Assembly (NCBI GenBank): GCA_043228905.1
Contig: JBHGNT010000023.1
Location: 248,001-312,000, forward strand
Source of the DNA: Azolla caroliniana
Taxonomy: Eukaryota > Plantae > Polypodiophyta
DNA: 64,000 nucleotides
Direction of reading: 5' to 3'
In this document: positions 1 through 13,900 of the stretch, in pieces
Layout: every line of letters starts with the position of its first letter
How positions within the stretch are numbered: position 1 is the stretch's first letter
Position numbers and translations under genes: made by a program
Notes under the pieces: generated by a model
Told to the model about the DNA's origin: nothing
Seen by the model: only the letters and a program-made list of their open reading frames with translations
Database searches by the model: none

Positions 1-99
1 TTTTGTGTTCAAACATGCGAATCGAAGCTAACAACACTAGCTAGGATATGGAATTAAAAAATCAAGATTTTGAAACTTGGGTCGAGAGACATGAAGAAA

Positions 100-3000
100 T
101 TAGTAAATTAGAGGAGGGCGTTGAGAAGAGCGTGTGAGTAAATTAAAATGATCATAGCTGGCTCGTGTTATATCGGATTTAAGTGTTCAAATATGCGAAT
201 CGAAGCTAACAACACTAGCTATGATATGGACCTAAAAAATTAATATTTTGAAACTCAGGTCGAGAGACATGAAGAAATTAGTAAATTAGAGGAGGGTGTT
301 GACAATAGCGCGTGAGTAAATTAAAATGTTCATAGCTGGCTAGTGTGATATCGGATTTTTGTGTTCAAGCATGCATATCGAAGCTAACAACACTAGCTAG
401 GATATGGAATTAAAAAATCAAGATTTTGAAACTCAGGTCGAGAGATATGAAGAAATTAGTAAATTAGAGAAGGGAGTTGACAAGATCGCGTGAGTAAATT
501 AAAATGTTCATAGCTGGATCGTGTGATATCGGATTTTAGTGTTCAAACATGCGAATCGAAGCTAACAACACTAGCTAGGATATGGAATTAAAAAATCAAG
601 ATTTTGAAACTTGGGTCGAGAGACATGAAGAAATTAATAAATTAGAGGAGGGTGTTGACGAGAGCGCGTGAGTAAATTAAAATGTTCATAGCTGGCTCGT
701 GTGATCCCGGATTTTTGTTTTCAAACATGCGAATCGAAGCTAACAACACTAGCTAGGATATGGAGTTAAAAAATCAAGATTTTGAAACTCAGGTCGAGAG
801 ACATGAAGAAATTAGTAAATTAGGGGAGGGCGTTGACAAGAGGGCGTGAGTAAATGAAAATGTTCATACCTGGCTCGTGTGATCCCGGATTTTTGTGTTC
901 AAAGATCCGAATCGAAGCTAACAACACTAGCTATAAGATGGAATTAAAAAATCGAGCTTTTGAAACTCAGGTCGAGAGACATGAAGAAATTAGTAAATTA
1001 GAGGAGGGAGTTGAGAAGAGCGCGTGAGTAAATTAAAATGTTCATAGCTGGCTCGTGTGATATCGGATTTTTGTGTTGAAACATGCGAATCGAAGCAAAC
1101 AACACTAGCTATGATATGGAATTAGAAAATCAAGATTTTGAAACTCAGGTCGAGAGACATGAAGAATTTAGTAAATTAGAGGAGGGAGTTGAGAAGAGCG
1201 CGTGAGTAAATTAAAATGTTCATAGCTGGCTCGTGTGATATCGAATTTTAGTGTTCAAACATGTGAATCGAAGCTAACAACACTAGCCAGGATATGGAAT
1301 TAAAAAATCAAGATTTTGAAACTCAGGTCGAGAGACATGAAGAAATTAGTAAATTAGGGGAGGGAGTTGATAAGAGCGCGTGAGTAAATTAAAATGTTCA
1401 TACCTGGCTGGTGTGATCCCGGGATTTTGTGTTCAAACATGCGAATCGAAGCTAACAACACTAGCTATGATATGCAATTAAAAAATCAATATTTTGAAAC
1501 TCAGGTCGACAGACATGAAGAAATTAGTAAATTAGAGGAGGGTGTTGACAAGAGCGCGTGAGTAAATTAAAATGTTCATACCTGGCTCGTGTGATCCCGG
1601 ATTTTTGTGTTCAAAGATGCCAATCGAAGCTAACAACACTTGCTAGGATATGGAATTAAAAAATCAAGATTTTGAAACTCAGGTCGAGAGACATGAAAAA
1701 ATTAGTAAATTAGAGGAGGGCGTTGAGAAGAGCGTGTGAGTAAATTAAAATGTTCATAGCTGGCTCGTGTTATATCGGATTTAAGTGTTCAAATATGCGA
1801 ATCGAAGCTAACAACACTAGCTATGATATGGACCTAAAAAATTAATATTTTGAAACTCAGGTCGAGAGACATGAAGAAATTAGTAAATTAGAGGAGGGTG
1901 TTGACAATAGCGCGTGAGTAAATTAAAATGTTCATAGCTGGCTAGTGTGATATCGGATTTTTGTGTTCAAGCATGCATATCGAAGCTAACAACACTAGCT
2001 AGGATATGGAATTAAAAAATCAAGATTTTGAAACTCAGGTCGAGAGATATGAAGAAATTAGTAAATTAGAGAAGGGAGTTGACAAGATCGCGTGAGTAAA
2101 TTAAAATGTTCATAGCTGGATCGTGTGATATCGGATTTTAGTGTTCAAACATGCGAATCGAAGCTAACAACACTAGCTAGGATATGGAATTAAAAAATCA
2201 AGATTTTGAAACTTGGGTCGAGAGACATGAAGAAATTAATAAATTAGAGGAGGGTGTTGACGAGAGCGCGTGAGTAAATTAAAATGTTCATAGCTGGCTC
2301 GTGTGATCCCGGATTTTTGTTTTCAAACATGCGAATCGAAGCTAACAACACTAGCTAGGATATGGAGTTAAAAAATCAAGATTTTGAAACTCAGGTCGAG
2401 AGACATGAAGAAATTAGTAAATTAGGGGAGGGCGTTGACAAGAGGGCGTGAGTAAATGAAAATGTTCATACCTGGCTCGTGTGATCCCGGATTTTTGTGT
2501 TCAAAGATCCGAATCGAAGCTAACAACACTAGCTATAAGATGGAATTAAAAAATCGAGCTTTTGAAACTCAGGTCGAGAGACATGAAGAAATTAGTAAAT
2601 TAGAGGAGGGAGTTGAGAAGAGCGCGTGAGTAAATTAAAATGTTCATAGCTGGCTCGTGTGATATCGGATTTTTGTGTTGAAACATGCGAATCGAAGCAA
2701 ACAACACTAGCTATGATATGGAATTAGAAAATCAAGATTTTGAAACTCAGGTCGAGAGACATGAAGAATTTAGTAAATTAGAGGAGGGAGTTGAGAAGAG
2801 CGCGTGAGTAAATTAAAATGTTCATAGCTGGCTCGTGTGATATCGAATTTTAGTGTTCAAACATGTGAATCGAAGCTAACAACACTAGCCAGGATATGGA
2901 ATTAAAAAATCAAGATTTTGAAACTCAGGTCGAGAGACATGAAGAAATTAGTAAATTAGGGGAGGGAGTTGATAAGAGCGCGTGAGTAAATTAAAATGTT

Positions 3001-4920
3001 CATACCTGGCTGGTGTGATCCCGGGATTTTGTGTTCAAACATGCGAATCGAAGCTAACAACACTAGCTATGATATGCAATTAAAAAATCAATATTTTGAA
3101 ACTCAGGTCGACAGACATGAAGAAATTAGTAAATTAGAGGAGGGTGTTGACAAGAGCGCGTGAGTAAATTAAAATGTTCATACCTGGCTCGTGTGATCCC
3201 GGATTTTTGTGTTCAAAGATGCCAATCGAAGCTAACAACACTTGCTAGGATATGGAATTAAAAAATCAAGATTTTGAAACTCAGGTCGAGAGACATGAAA
3301 AAATTAGTAAATTAGAGGAGGGCGTTGAGAAGAGCGTGTGAGTAAATTAAAATGTTCATAGCTGGCTCGTGTTATATCGGATTTAAGTGTTCAAATATGC
3401 GAATCGAAGCTAACAACACTAGCTATGATATGGACCTAAAAAATTAATATTTTGAAACTCAGGTCGAGAGACATGAAGAAATTAGTAAATTAGAGGAGGG
3501 TGTTGACAATAGCGCGTGAGTAAATTAAAATGTTCATAGCTGGCTAGTGTGATATCGGATTTTTGTGTTCAAGCATGCATATCGAAGCTAACAACACTAG
3601 CTAGGATATGGAATTAAAAAATCAAGATTTTGAAACTCAGGTCGAGAGATATGAAGAAATTAGTAAATTAGAGAAGGGAGTTGACAAGATCGCGTGAGTA
3701 AATTAAAATGTTCATAGCTGGATCGTGTGATATCGGATTTTAGTCTTCAAACATGCGAATCGAAGCTAACAACACTAGCTAGGATATGGAATTAAAAAAT
3801 CAAGATTTTGAAACTTGGGTCGAGAGACATGAAGAAATTAATAAATTAGAGGAGGGTGTTGACGAGAGCGCGTGAGTAAATTAAAATGTTCATAGCTGGC
3901 TCGTGTGATCCCGGATTTTTGTTTTCAAACATGCGAATCGAAGCTAACAACACTAGCTAGGATATGGAGTTAAAAAATCAAGATTTTGAAACTCAGGTCG
4001 AGAGACATGAAGAAATTAGTAAATTAGGGGAGGGCGTTGACAAGAGGGCGTGAGTAAATGAAAATGTTCATACCTGGCTCGTGTGATCCCGGATTTTTGT
4101 GTTCAAAGATGCGAATCGAAGCTAACAACACTAGCTATAAGATGGAATTAAAAAATCGAGCTTTTGAAACTCAGGTCGAGAGACATGAAGAAATTAGTAA
4201 ATTAGAGGAGGGAGTTGAGAAGAGCGCGTGAGTAAATTAAAATGTTCATAGCTGGCTCGTGTGATATCGGATTTTTGTGTTGAAACATGCGAATCGAAGC
4301 AAACAACACTAGCTATGATATGGAATTAGAAAATCAAGATTTTGAAACTCAGGTCGAGAGACATGAAGAAATTAGTAAATTAGAGGAGGGAGTTGAGAAG
4401 AGCGCGTGAGTAAATTAAAATGTTCATAGCTGGCTCGTGTGATATCGAATTTTAGTGTTCAAACATGTGAATCGAAGCTAACAACACTAGCCAGGATATG
4501 GAATTAAAAAATCAAGATTTTGAAACTCAGGTCGAGAGACATGAAGAAATTAGTAAATTAGGGGAGGGAGTTGATAAGAGCGCGTGAGTAAATTAAAATG
4601 TTCATACCTGGCTGGTGTGATCCCGGGATTTTGTGTTCAAACATGCGAATCGAAGCTAACAACACTAGCTATGATATGCAATTAAAAAATCAATATTTTG
4701 AAACTCAGGTCGACAGACATGAAGAAATTAGTAAATTAGAGGAGGGTGTTGACAAGAGCGCGTGAGTAAATTAAAATGTTCATACCTGGCTCGTGTGATC
4801 CCGGATTTTTGTGTTCAAAGATGCCAATCGAAGCTAACAACACTTGCTAGGATATGGAATTAAAAAATCAAGATTTTGAAACTCAGGTCGAGAGACATGA
4901 AAAAATTAGTAAATTAGAGG
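100..4920 (+). repeat. 9-monomer higher-order repeat (1602 bp), about 3 copies
   Basis: The diagnostic variant ctataagatgg...atcgagctttt occurs at 931, 2533 and 4135. Spacing is 1602 = 9x178. Boundaries are approximate. Confidence 0.9.
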
Positions 4921-7900
4921 AGGGTGTTGACAAGAGCGCGTGAGTAAATTAAAATGTTCATAGCGCGTGAGTAAATTAAAATGTTCATAGCTGGCTAGTG
5001 TGATATCGGATATTTGTGTTCAAGCATGCAAATCGAAGCTAACAACACTACCTATAAAGAAATTAGTAAATTAGAGGAGGGTGTTGACAAGAGCGCATGA
5101 GTAAATTAAAATGTTCATACCTGGCTCGTGTGATATCGGATTTTAGTGTTCAAACATGTGAATCGACGCTAACAACACTAGCTAGGATATGGAATTAAAA
5201 AATCAAGATTTTGAAACTTGGGTCGAGAGACATGAAGAAATTAATAAATTAGAGGAGGGTGTTGACGAGAGCGCGTGAGTAAATTAAAATGTTCATAGCT
5301 GGCTCGTGTGATCCCGGATTTTTGTTTTCAAACATGCGAATCGAAGCTAAGAACACTAGCTATGATATGGAATTAAAAAATCAAGATTTTGAAACTTGGG
5401 TCCGGAGACATGAAGAAATTAGTAAATTAGAGGAGGGAGTTGAGAAGAGCGCGTGAGTAAATTAAAATGTTCATAGCTGGCTCGTGTGATATCGGATTTT
5501 AGTGTTCAAACATGCGAATCGAAGCTAGCAACACTAGCTAGGATATGGAATGAAAAAATCGAGATTTTGAAACTCAGGTCGAGAGACATGAAGAAATTAG
5601 TAAATTACAGGAGGGAGTTGAGAAGAGCGAGTGAGTAAATTAAAATGTTCATAGCTGGCTCGTGTGATCCCAGATTTTTGTTTTCAAAGATGCCAATCGA
5701 ACCTAACAAGACTAGCTATGATATGGAATTAAAAAATCAAGATTTTGAAACTCAGGTCGAGAGACATGAAGAAATTAGTAAATTAGAGGAGGGCGTTGAG
5801 AAGAACGTGTCAGTAAATTAAAATGTTCATAGCTGGCTCGTGTGATATCGGATTTAAGTGTTCGAATATGCGAATCGAAGCTAACAACACTAGCTATGAT
5901 ATGGACCTAAAAAATCAATATTTTGAAACTCAGGTCGAGAGACATGAAGAAATTAGTAAATTAGAGGAGGGTGTTGACAATAGCGCGTGAGTAAATTAAA
6001 ATGTTCATAGCTGGCTAGTGTGATATTGGATTTTTGTGTTCAAGCATGCATATCGAAGCTAACAACACTAGCTAGGATATGGAATTAAAAAATCAAGATT
6101 TTGAAACTCAGGTCGAGAGATATGAAGAAATTAGTAAATTAGAGAAGGGAGTTGACAAGATCGCGTGAGTAAATTAAAATGTTCATAGCTGGATCGTGTG
6201 ATATCGGATTTTAGTGTTCAAACATGCGAATCGAAGCTAACAACACTAGCTAGGATATGGAATTAAAAAATCAAGATTTTGAAACTTGGGTCGAGAGACA
6301 TGAAGAAATTAATAAATTAGAGGAGGGTGTTGACGAGAGCGCGTGAGTAAATTAAAATGTTCATAGCTGGCTCGTGTGATCCCGGATTTTTGTTTTCAAA
6401 CATGCGAATCGAAGCTAACAACACTAGCTAGGATATGGAGTTAAAAAATCAAGATTTTGAAAGTCAGGTCGAGAGACATGAAGAAATTAGTAAATTAGGG
6501 AAGGGCGTTGACAAGAGGGCGTGAGTAAATGAAAATGTTCATACCTGGCTCGTGTGATCCCGGATTTTTGTGTTCAAAGATGCGAATCGAAGCTAACAAC
6601 ACTAGCTATGATATGGAATTAAAAAATCAAGATTTTGAAACTTGAGTCCGGAGACATGAAGAAATTAGTAAATTAGAGGAGGGAGCTAAGAAGAGCGCAT
6701 GAGTAAATTAAAATGTTCATAGTTGGCTCGTGTGATATCGGATTTTAGTGTTGAAACATGCGAATCGAAGCTAACAACACTAGCTATGATATGGAATTAA
6801 AAAATCAAGATTTTGAAACTTGGGTCCAACGACATGAAGAAATTAGTAAATTAGAGGAGGGAGCTAAGAAGAGCGCATGAGTAAATTAAAATGTTCATAG
6901 CTGGCTCGTGTGATATCGGATTTTAGTGTTGAAACATGCGAATCGAAGCTAACAACACCAGCTTGGAATTAAAAAATCAAGATTTTGAAACTCAGGTCGA
7001 GAGACATAAAGAAATTAGTAAATTAGAGGAGGGTGTTGACGAGAGCGCGTGAGTAAATTAAAATATTCATAGCTGGCTCGTGTGATCCCGGATTTTTGTT
7101 TTCAAACATGCGAATCGAAGCTAACAACACTAGCTAGGATATGGAGTTAAAAAATCAAGATTTTGAAACTCAGGTCGAGAGACATGAAGAAATTAGTAAA
7201 TTAGGGGAGGGAGTTGACAAGAGGGCGTGAGTAAATTAAAATGTTCATAGGTGGCTCGTTTGATATCCGATTTTTGTGTTCAAACATGCGAATCGAAGCT
7301 AACAACAGTAGCTAGGATATGGAATTAAAAAATCAAGATTTTGAAACTGAGGTCGAGAGATATAAAGAAATTAGTAAATTAGAGGAGGGAGTTGAGAAGA
7401 GCGCGTGAGTAAATTAAAATGTTCATAGCTGGATCGTGTGATATTGGATTTTTGTGTTCAAACATGCGAATCGAAGCTAACAACACTAGCTAGGATATGG
7501 AATTAAAAAATCAAGATTTTGAAACTTGGGTCGAGAGACATGAAGAAATTAGTAAATTAGAGGAGGGCGTTGAGAAGAGCGTGTGAGTAAATTAAAATGA
7601 TCATAGCTGGCTCGTGTTATATCGGATTTAAGTGTTCAAATATGCGAATCGAAGCTAACAACACTAGCTATGATATGGACCTAAAAAATCAATATTTTGA
7701 AACTCAGGTCGAGAGACATGAAGAAATTAGTAAATTAGAGGAGGGTGTTGACAATAGCGCGTGAGTAAATTAAAATGTTCATAGCTGGCTAGTGTGATAT
7801 CGGATTTTTGTGTTCAAGCATGCATATCGAAGCTAACAACACTAGCTAGGATATGGAATTAAAAAATCAAGATTTTGAAACTCAGGTCGAGAGATATGAA

Positions 7901-10900
7901 GAAATTAGTAAATTAGAGAAGGGAGTTGACAAGATCGCGTGAGTAAATTAAAATGTTCATAGCTGGATCGTGTGATATCGGATTTTAGTGTTCAAACATG
8001 CGAATCGAAGCTAACAACACTAGCTAGGATATGGAATTAAAAAATCAAGATTTTGAAACTTGGGTCGAGAGACATGAAGAAATTAGTAAATTAGGGAAGG
8101 GCGTTGACAAGAGGGCGTGAGTAAATGAAAATGTTCATACCTGGCTCGTGTGATCCTGGATTTTTGTGTTCAAAGATGCCAATCGAACCTAACAAGACTA
8201 GCTATGATATGGAATTAAAAAATCAAGATTTTGAAACTCAGGTCAAGAGACATGAAGAAATTAGTAAATTAGAGGAGGGAGTTGAGAAGAGCGCGTGAGT
8301 AAATTAAAATGTTCATAGCTGGATCGTGTGATATCGGATTTTAGTGTTGAAACATGCGAATCGAAGCTAACAACACTAGCTTGGAATTAAAAAATCAAGA
8401 TTTTGAAACTCAGGTCGAGAGACATAAAGAAATTAGTAAATTAGAGGAGGGTGTTGACGAGAGCGCGTGAGTAAATTAAAATGTTCATACCTGGCTGGTG
8501 TGATCCCGGGATTTTGTGTTCAAACATGCGAATCGAACCTAACAACACTAGCTCTGATATGGAATTAAAAAATCAATATTTTGAAACTCAGGTCGAGAGA
8601 CATGAAGAAATTAGTAAATTAGAGGAGGGTGTTGACGAGAGCGCGAGAGTAAATTAAAATGTTCATACCTGGCTCGTGTGATCCCGGATTTTTGCGTTCA
8701 GAGATGCCAATCGAAGCTAACAACACTAGCTTTAATATGGAATTAAAAAATCAAGATTTTGAAACTTAGGTTGAGAGACATGAAGAAATTAGTAAATTAG
8801 TGGAGGGAGTTGAGAAGAGCGCGTGAGTAAATTAAAATGTTCATACCTGGCTCGTGTGATATTGGATTTTAGTGTTCAAACATGCGAATCTACGCTAACA
8901 ACACTACGTATAATATAGAATTAAAGAATCAAGATTTTAAAACTCAGGTCGAGAGACATGAAGAAATTAGTAAATTACAGGAGGGAGTTGAGAAGAGCGC
9001 GTGAGTAAATTAAAATGTTCATAGCTGGATCGTGTGATATCGGATTTTTGTGTTCAGAGATGCGAATCGAAGCTACTAACACCAGCTATGATATGGATTT
9101 AAAAAATCAAGATTTTGAAACTCAGGTCGAGAGACATGAAGAAATTAGTAAATTAGGGGAGGGAGTTGACAAGAGGGCGTGAGTAAATGAAAATGTTCAT
9201 ACCTGGCTCGTGTGATATCGGATTTTTGTGTTCAGAGATGCGAATCGAAGCTAACAACACTAGCTATAATATGGAATTAAAAAATCAAGATTTTGAAACT
9301 TGGGTCGAGAGACATGAAGAAATTAGTAAATTAGAGGAGGGTGTTGACGAGAGCGCGTGAGTAAATTAAAATGTTCATAGCTGGCTCGTGTGATATCGGA
9401 TTTTAGTGTTGAAACATGGGAATCGAAGCTAACAACACTAGCTATGATATGGAATTAAAAAATCAAGATTTTGAAACTTGGGTCCAAAGACATGAAGAAA
9501 TTAGTAAATTAGAGAAGGGATCAAAGAAGAGCGCATGAGTAAATTAAAATGTTCATAGCTGGCTCGTGTGATATCGGATTTTAGTGTTGAAACATGCGAA
9601 ACGAAGATAACAACACTAGCTATAATATGGAATTAAAAAATCAAGATTTTGAAACTTGGGTCGAGGACCGGAAGAAACTAGTAAATTAGATGAGGGTGTT
9701 GACGAGAGCGCGTGAGTAAATTAAAATGTTCATACCTGGCTCGTCTGATCCCGGATTTTTGTGTTCAAGCATGCGAATCGAACCTAACAACACTAGCTAG
9801 GATATGGAATTAAAAAATAAAGATTTTGAAACTTAGGTCTAGAGATATGAAGAAATTAGTAAATTATAGGAGGGAGTTGACAAGAGCGCGTGAGTAAATT
9901 AAAATGTTCATAGCTGGATCGTGTGATATCGGATTTTTGTGTTCAGAGATGCGAATCGAAGCTAACAACACTAGCTATGATATGGAATTAAAAAATCAAT
10001 ATTTTGAAACTTGGGTCGAGAGACATGAAGAAATTAGTAAATTAGGGGAGGGAGTTGAGAAGAGCGCGTGAGTAAATTAAAATGTTCATAGCTGGCTCGT
10101 GTCATATCGGATTTTAGTGTTCAAACATGCGAATCGAAGCTAGCAACACTAGCTACGATATGGAATTAAAAAAGAAAGATTTTGAAACTCAGGTCGAGAG
10201 ACATGAAGAAATTAGTAAATTAGGGGAGGGAGTTGATAAGAGCGCGTAAGTAAATTAAAATGTTCATACCTGGCTCGTGTGATCCCTGGATTTTGTGTTC
10301 AAAGATGCGAATCAAAGCTAACAACACTAGCTATGATATGGAATTAAAAAATCAAGATTTTGAAACTCAGGTCGAGAGACATGAAGAAATTAGTAAATTA
10401 GAGGAGGGTGTTGACAATAGCGCGTGAGTAAATTAAAATGTTCATAGCTGGCTAGTGTGATATCGGATTTTTGTGTTCAAGCATGCATATCGAAGCTAAC
10501 AACACTAGCTAGGATATGGAATTAAAAAATCAAGATTTTGAAACTCAGGTCGAGAGATATGAAGAAATTAGTAAATTAGAGAAGGGAGTTGACAAGATCG
10601 CGTGAGTAAATTAAAATGTTCATAGCTGGATCGTGTGATATCGGATTTTAGTCTTCAAACATGCGAATCGAAGCTAACAACACTAGCTAGGATATGGAAT
10701 TAAAAAATCAAGATTTTGAAACTTGGGTCGAGAGACATGAAGAAATTAATAAATTAGAGGAGGGTGTTGACGAGAGCGCGTGAGTAAATTAAAATGTTCA
10801 TAGCTGGCTCGTGTGATCCCGGATTTTTGTTTTCAAACATGCGAATCGAAGCTAACAACACTAGCTAGGATATGGAGTTAAAAAATCAAGATTTTGAAAC

Positions 10901-13900
10901 TCAGGTCGAGAGACATGAAGAAATTAGTAAATTAGGGGAGGGCGTTGACAAGAGGGCGTGAGTAAATGAAAATGTTCATACCTGGCTCGTGTGATCCCGG
11001 ATTTTTGTGTTCAAAGATGCGAATCGAAGCTAACAACACTAGCTATAAGATGGAATTAAAAAATCGAGCTTTTGAAACTCAGGTCGAGAGACATGAAGAA
11101 ATTAGTAAATTAGAGGAGGGAGTTGAGAAGAGCGCGTGAGTAAATTAAAATGTTCATAGCTGGCTCGTGTGATATCGGATTTTTGTGTTGAAACATGCGA
11201 ATCGAAGCAAACAACACTAGCTATGATATGGAATTAGAAAATCAAGATTTTGAAACTCAGGTCGAGAGACATGAAGAAATTAGTAAATTAGAGGAGGGAG
11301 TTGAGAAGAGCGCGTGAGTAAATTAAAATGTTCATAGCTGGCTCGTGTGATATCGAATTTTAGTGTTCAAACATGTGAATCGAAGCTAACAACACTAGCC
11401 AGGATATGGAATTAAAAAATCAAGATTTTGAAACTCAGGTCGAGAGACATGAAGAAATTAGTAAATTAGGGGAGGGAGTTGATAAGAGCGCGTGAGTAAA
11501 TTAAAATGTTCATACCTGGCTGGTGTGATCCCGGGATTTTGTGTTCAAACATGCGAATCGAAGCTAACAACACTAGCTATGATATGCAATTAAAAAATCA
11601 ATATTTTGAAACTCAGGTCGACAGACATGAAGAAATTAGTAAATTAGAGGAGGGTGTTGACAAGAGCGCGTGAGTAAATTAAAATGTTCATACCTGGCTC
11701 GTGTGATCCCGGATTTTTGTGTTCAAAGATGCCAATCGAAGCTAACAACACTTGCTAGGATATGGAATTAAAAAATCAAGATTTTGAAACTCAGGTCGAG
11801 AGACATGAAAAAATTAGTAAATTAGAGGAGGGTGTTGACAAGAGCGCGTGAGTAAATTAAAATGTTCATAGCGCGTGAGTAAATTAAAATGTTCATAGCT
11901 GGCTAGTGTGATATCGGATATTTGTGTTCAAGCATGCAAATCGAAGCTAACAACACTACCTATAAAGAAATTAGTAAATTAGAGGAGGGTGTTGACAAGA
12001 GCGCATGAGTAAATTAAAATGTTCATACCTGGCTCGTGTGATATCGGATTTTAGTGTTCAAACATGTGAATCGACGCTAACAACACTAGCTAGGATATGG
12101 AATTAAAAAATCAAGATTTTGAAACTTGGGTCGAGAGACATGAAGAAATTAATAAATTAGAGGAGGGTGTTGACGAGAGCGCGTGAGTAAATTAAAATGT
12201 TCATAGCTGGCTCGTGTGATCCCGGATTTTTGTTTTCAAACATGCGAATCGAAGCTAAGAACACTAGCTATGATATGGAATTAAAAAATCAAGATTTTGA
12301 AACTTGGGTCCGGAGACATGAAGAAATTAGTAAATTAGAGGAGGGAGTTGAGAAGAGCGCGTGAGTAAATTAAAATGTTCATAGCTGGCTCGTGTGATAT
12401 CGGATTTTAGTGTTCAAACATGCGAATCGAAGCTAGCAACACTAGCTAGGATATGGAATGAAAAAATCGAGATTTTGAAACTCAGGTCGAGAGACATGAA
12501 GAAATTAGTAAATTACAGGAGGGAGTTGAGAAGAGCGAGTGAGTAAATTAAAATGTTCATAGCTGGCTCGTGTGATCCCAGATTTTTGTTTTCAAAGATG
12601 CCAATCGAACCTAACAAGACTAGCTATGATATGGAATTAAAAAATCAAGATTTTGAAACTCAGGTCGAGAGACATGAAGAAATTAGTAAATTAGAGGAGG
12701 GCGTTGAGAAGAACGTGTCAGTAAATTAAAATGTTCATAGCTGGCTCGTGTGATATCGGATTTAAGTGTTCGAATATGCGAATCGAAGCTAACAACACTA
12801 GCTATGATATGGACCTAAAAAATCAATATTTTGAAACTCAGGTCGAGAGACATGAAGAAATTAGTAAATTAGAGGAGGGTGTTGACAATAGCGCGTGAGT
12901 AAATTAAAATGTTCATAGCTGGCTAGTGTGATATTGGATTTTTGTGTTCAAGCATGCATATCGAAGCTAACAACACTAGCTAGGATATGGAATTAAAAAA
13001 TCAAGATTTTGAAACTCAGGTCGAGAGATATGAAGAAATTAGTAAATTAGAGAAGGGAGTTGACAAGATCGCGTGAGTAAATTAAAATGTTCATAGCTGG
13101 ATCGTGTGATATCGGATTTTAGTGTTCAAACATGCGAATCGAAGCTAACAACACTAGCTAGGATATGGAATTAAAAAATCAAGATTTTGAAACTTGGGTC
13201 GAGAGACATGAAGAAATTAATAAATTAGAGGAGGGTGTTGACGAGAGCGCGTGAGTAAATTAAAATGTTCATAGCTGGCTCGTGTGATCCCGGATTTTTG
13301 TTTTCAAACATGCGAATCGAAGCTAACAACACTAGCTAGGATATGGAGTTAAAAAATCAAGATTTTGAAAGTCAGGTCGAGAGACATGAAGAAATTAGTA
13401 AATTAGGGAAGGGCGTTGACAAGAGGGCGTGAGTAAATGAAAATGTTCATACCTGGCTCGTGTGATCCCGGATTTTTGTGTTCAAAGATGCGAATCGAAG
13501 CTAACAACACTAGCTATGATATGGAATTAAAAAATCAAGATTTTGAAACTTGAGTCCGGAGACATGAAGAAATTAGTAAATTAGAGGAGGGAGCTAAGAA
13601 GAGCGCATGAGTAAATTAAAATGTTCATAGTTGGCTCGTGTGATATCGGATTTTAGTGTTGAAACATGCGAATCGAAGCTAACAACACTAGCTATGATAT
13701 GGAATTAAAAAATCAAGATTTTGAAACTTGGGTCCAACGACATGAAGAAATTAGTAAATTAGAGGAGGGAGCTAAGAAGAGCGCATGAGTAAATTAAAAT
13801 GTTCATAGCTGGCTCGTGTGATATCGGATTTTAGTGTTGAAACATGCGAATCGAAGCTAACAACACCAGCTTGGAATTAAAAAATCAAGATTTTGAAACT

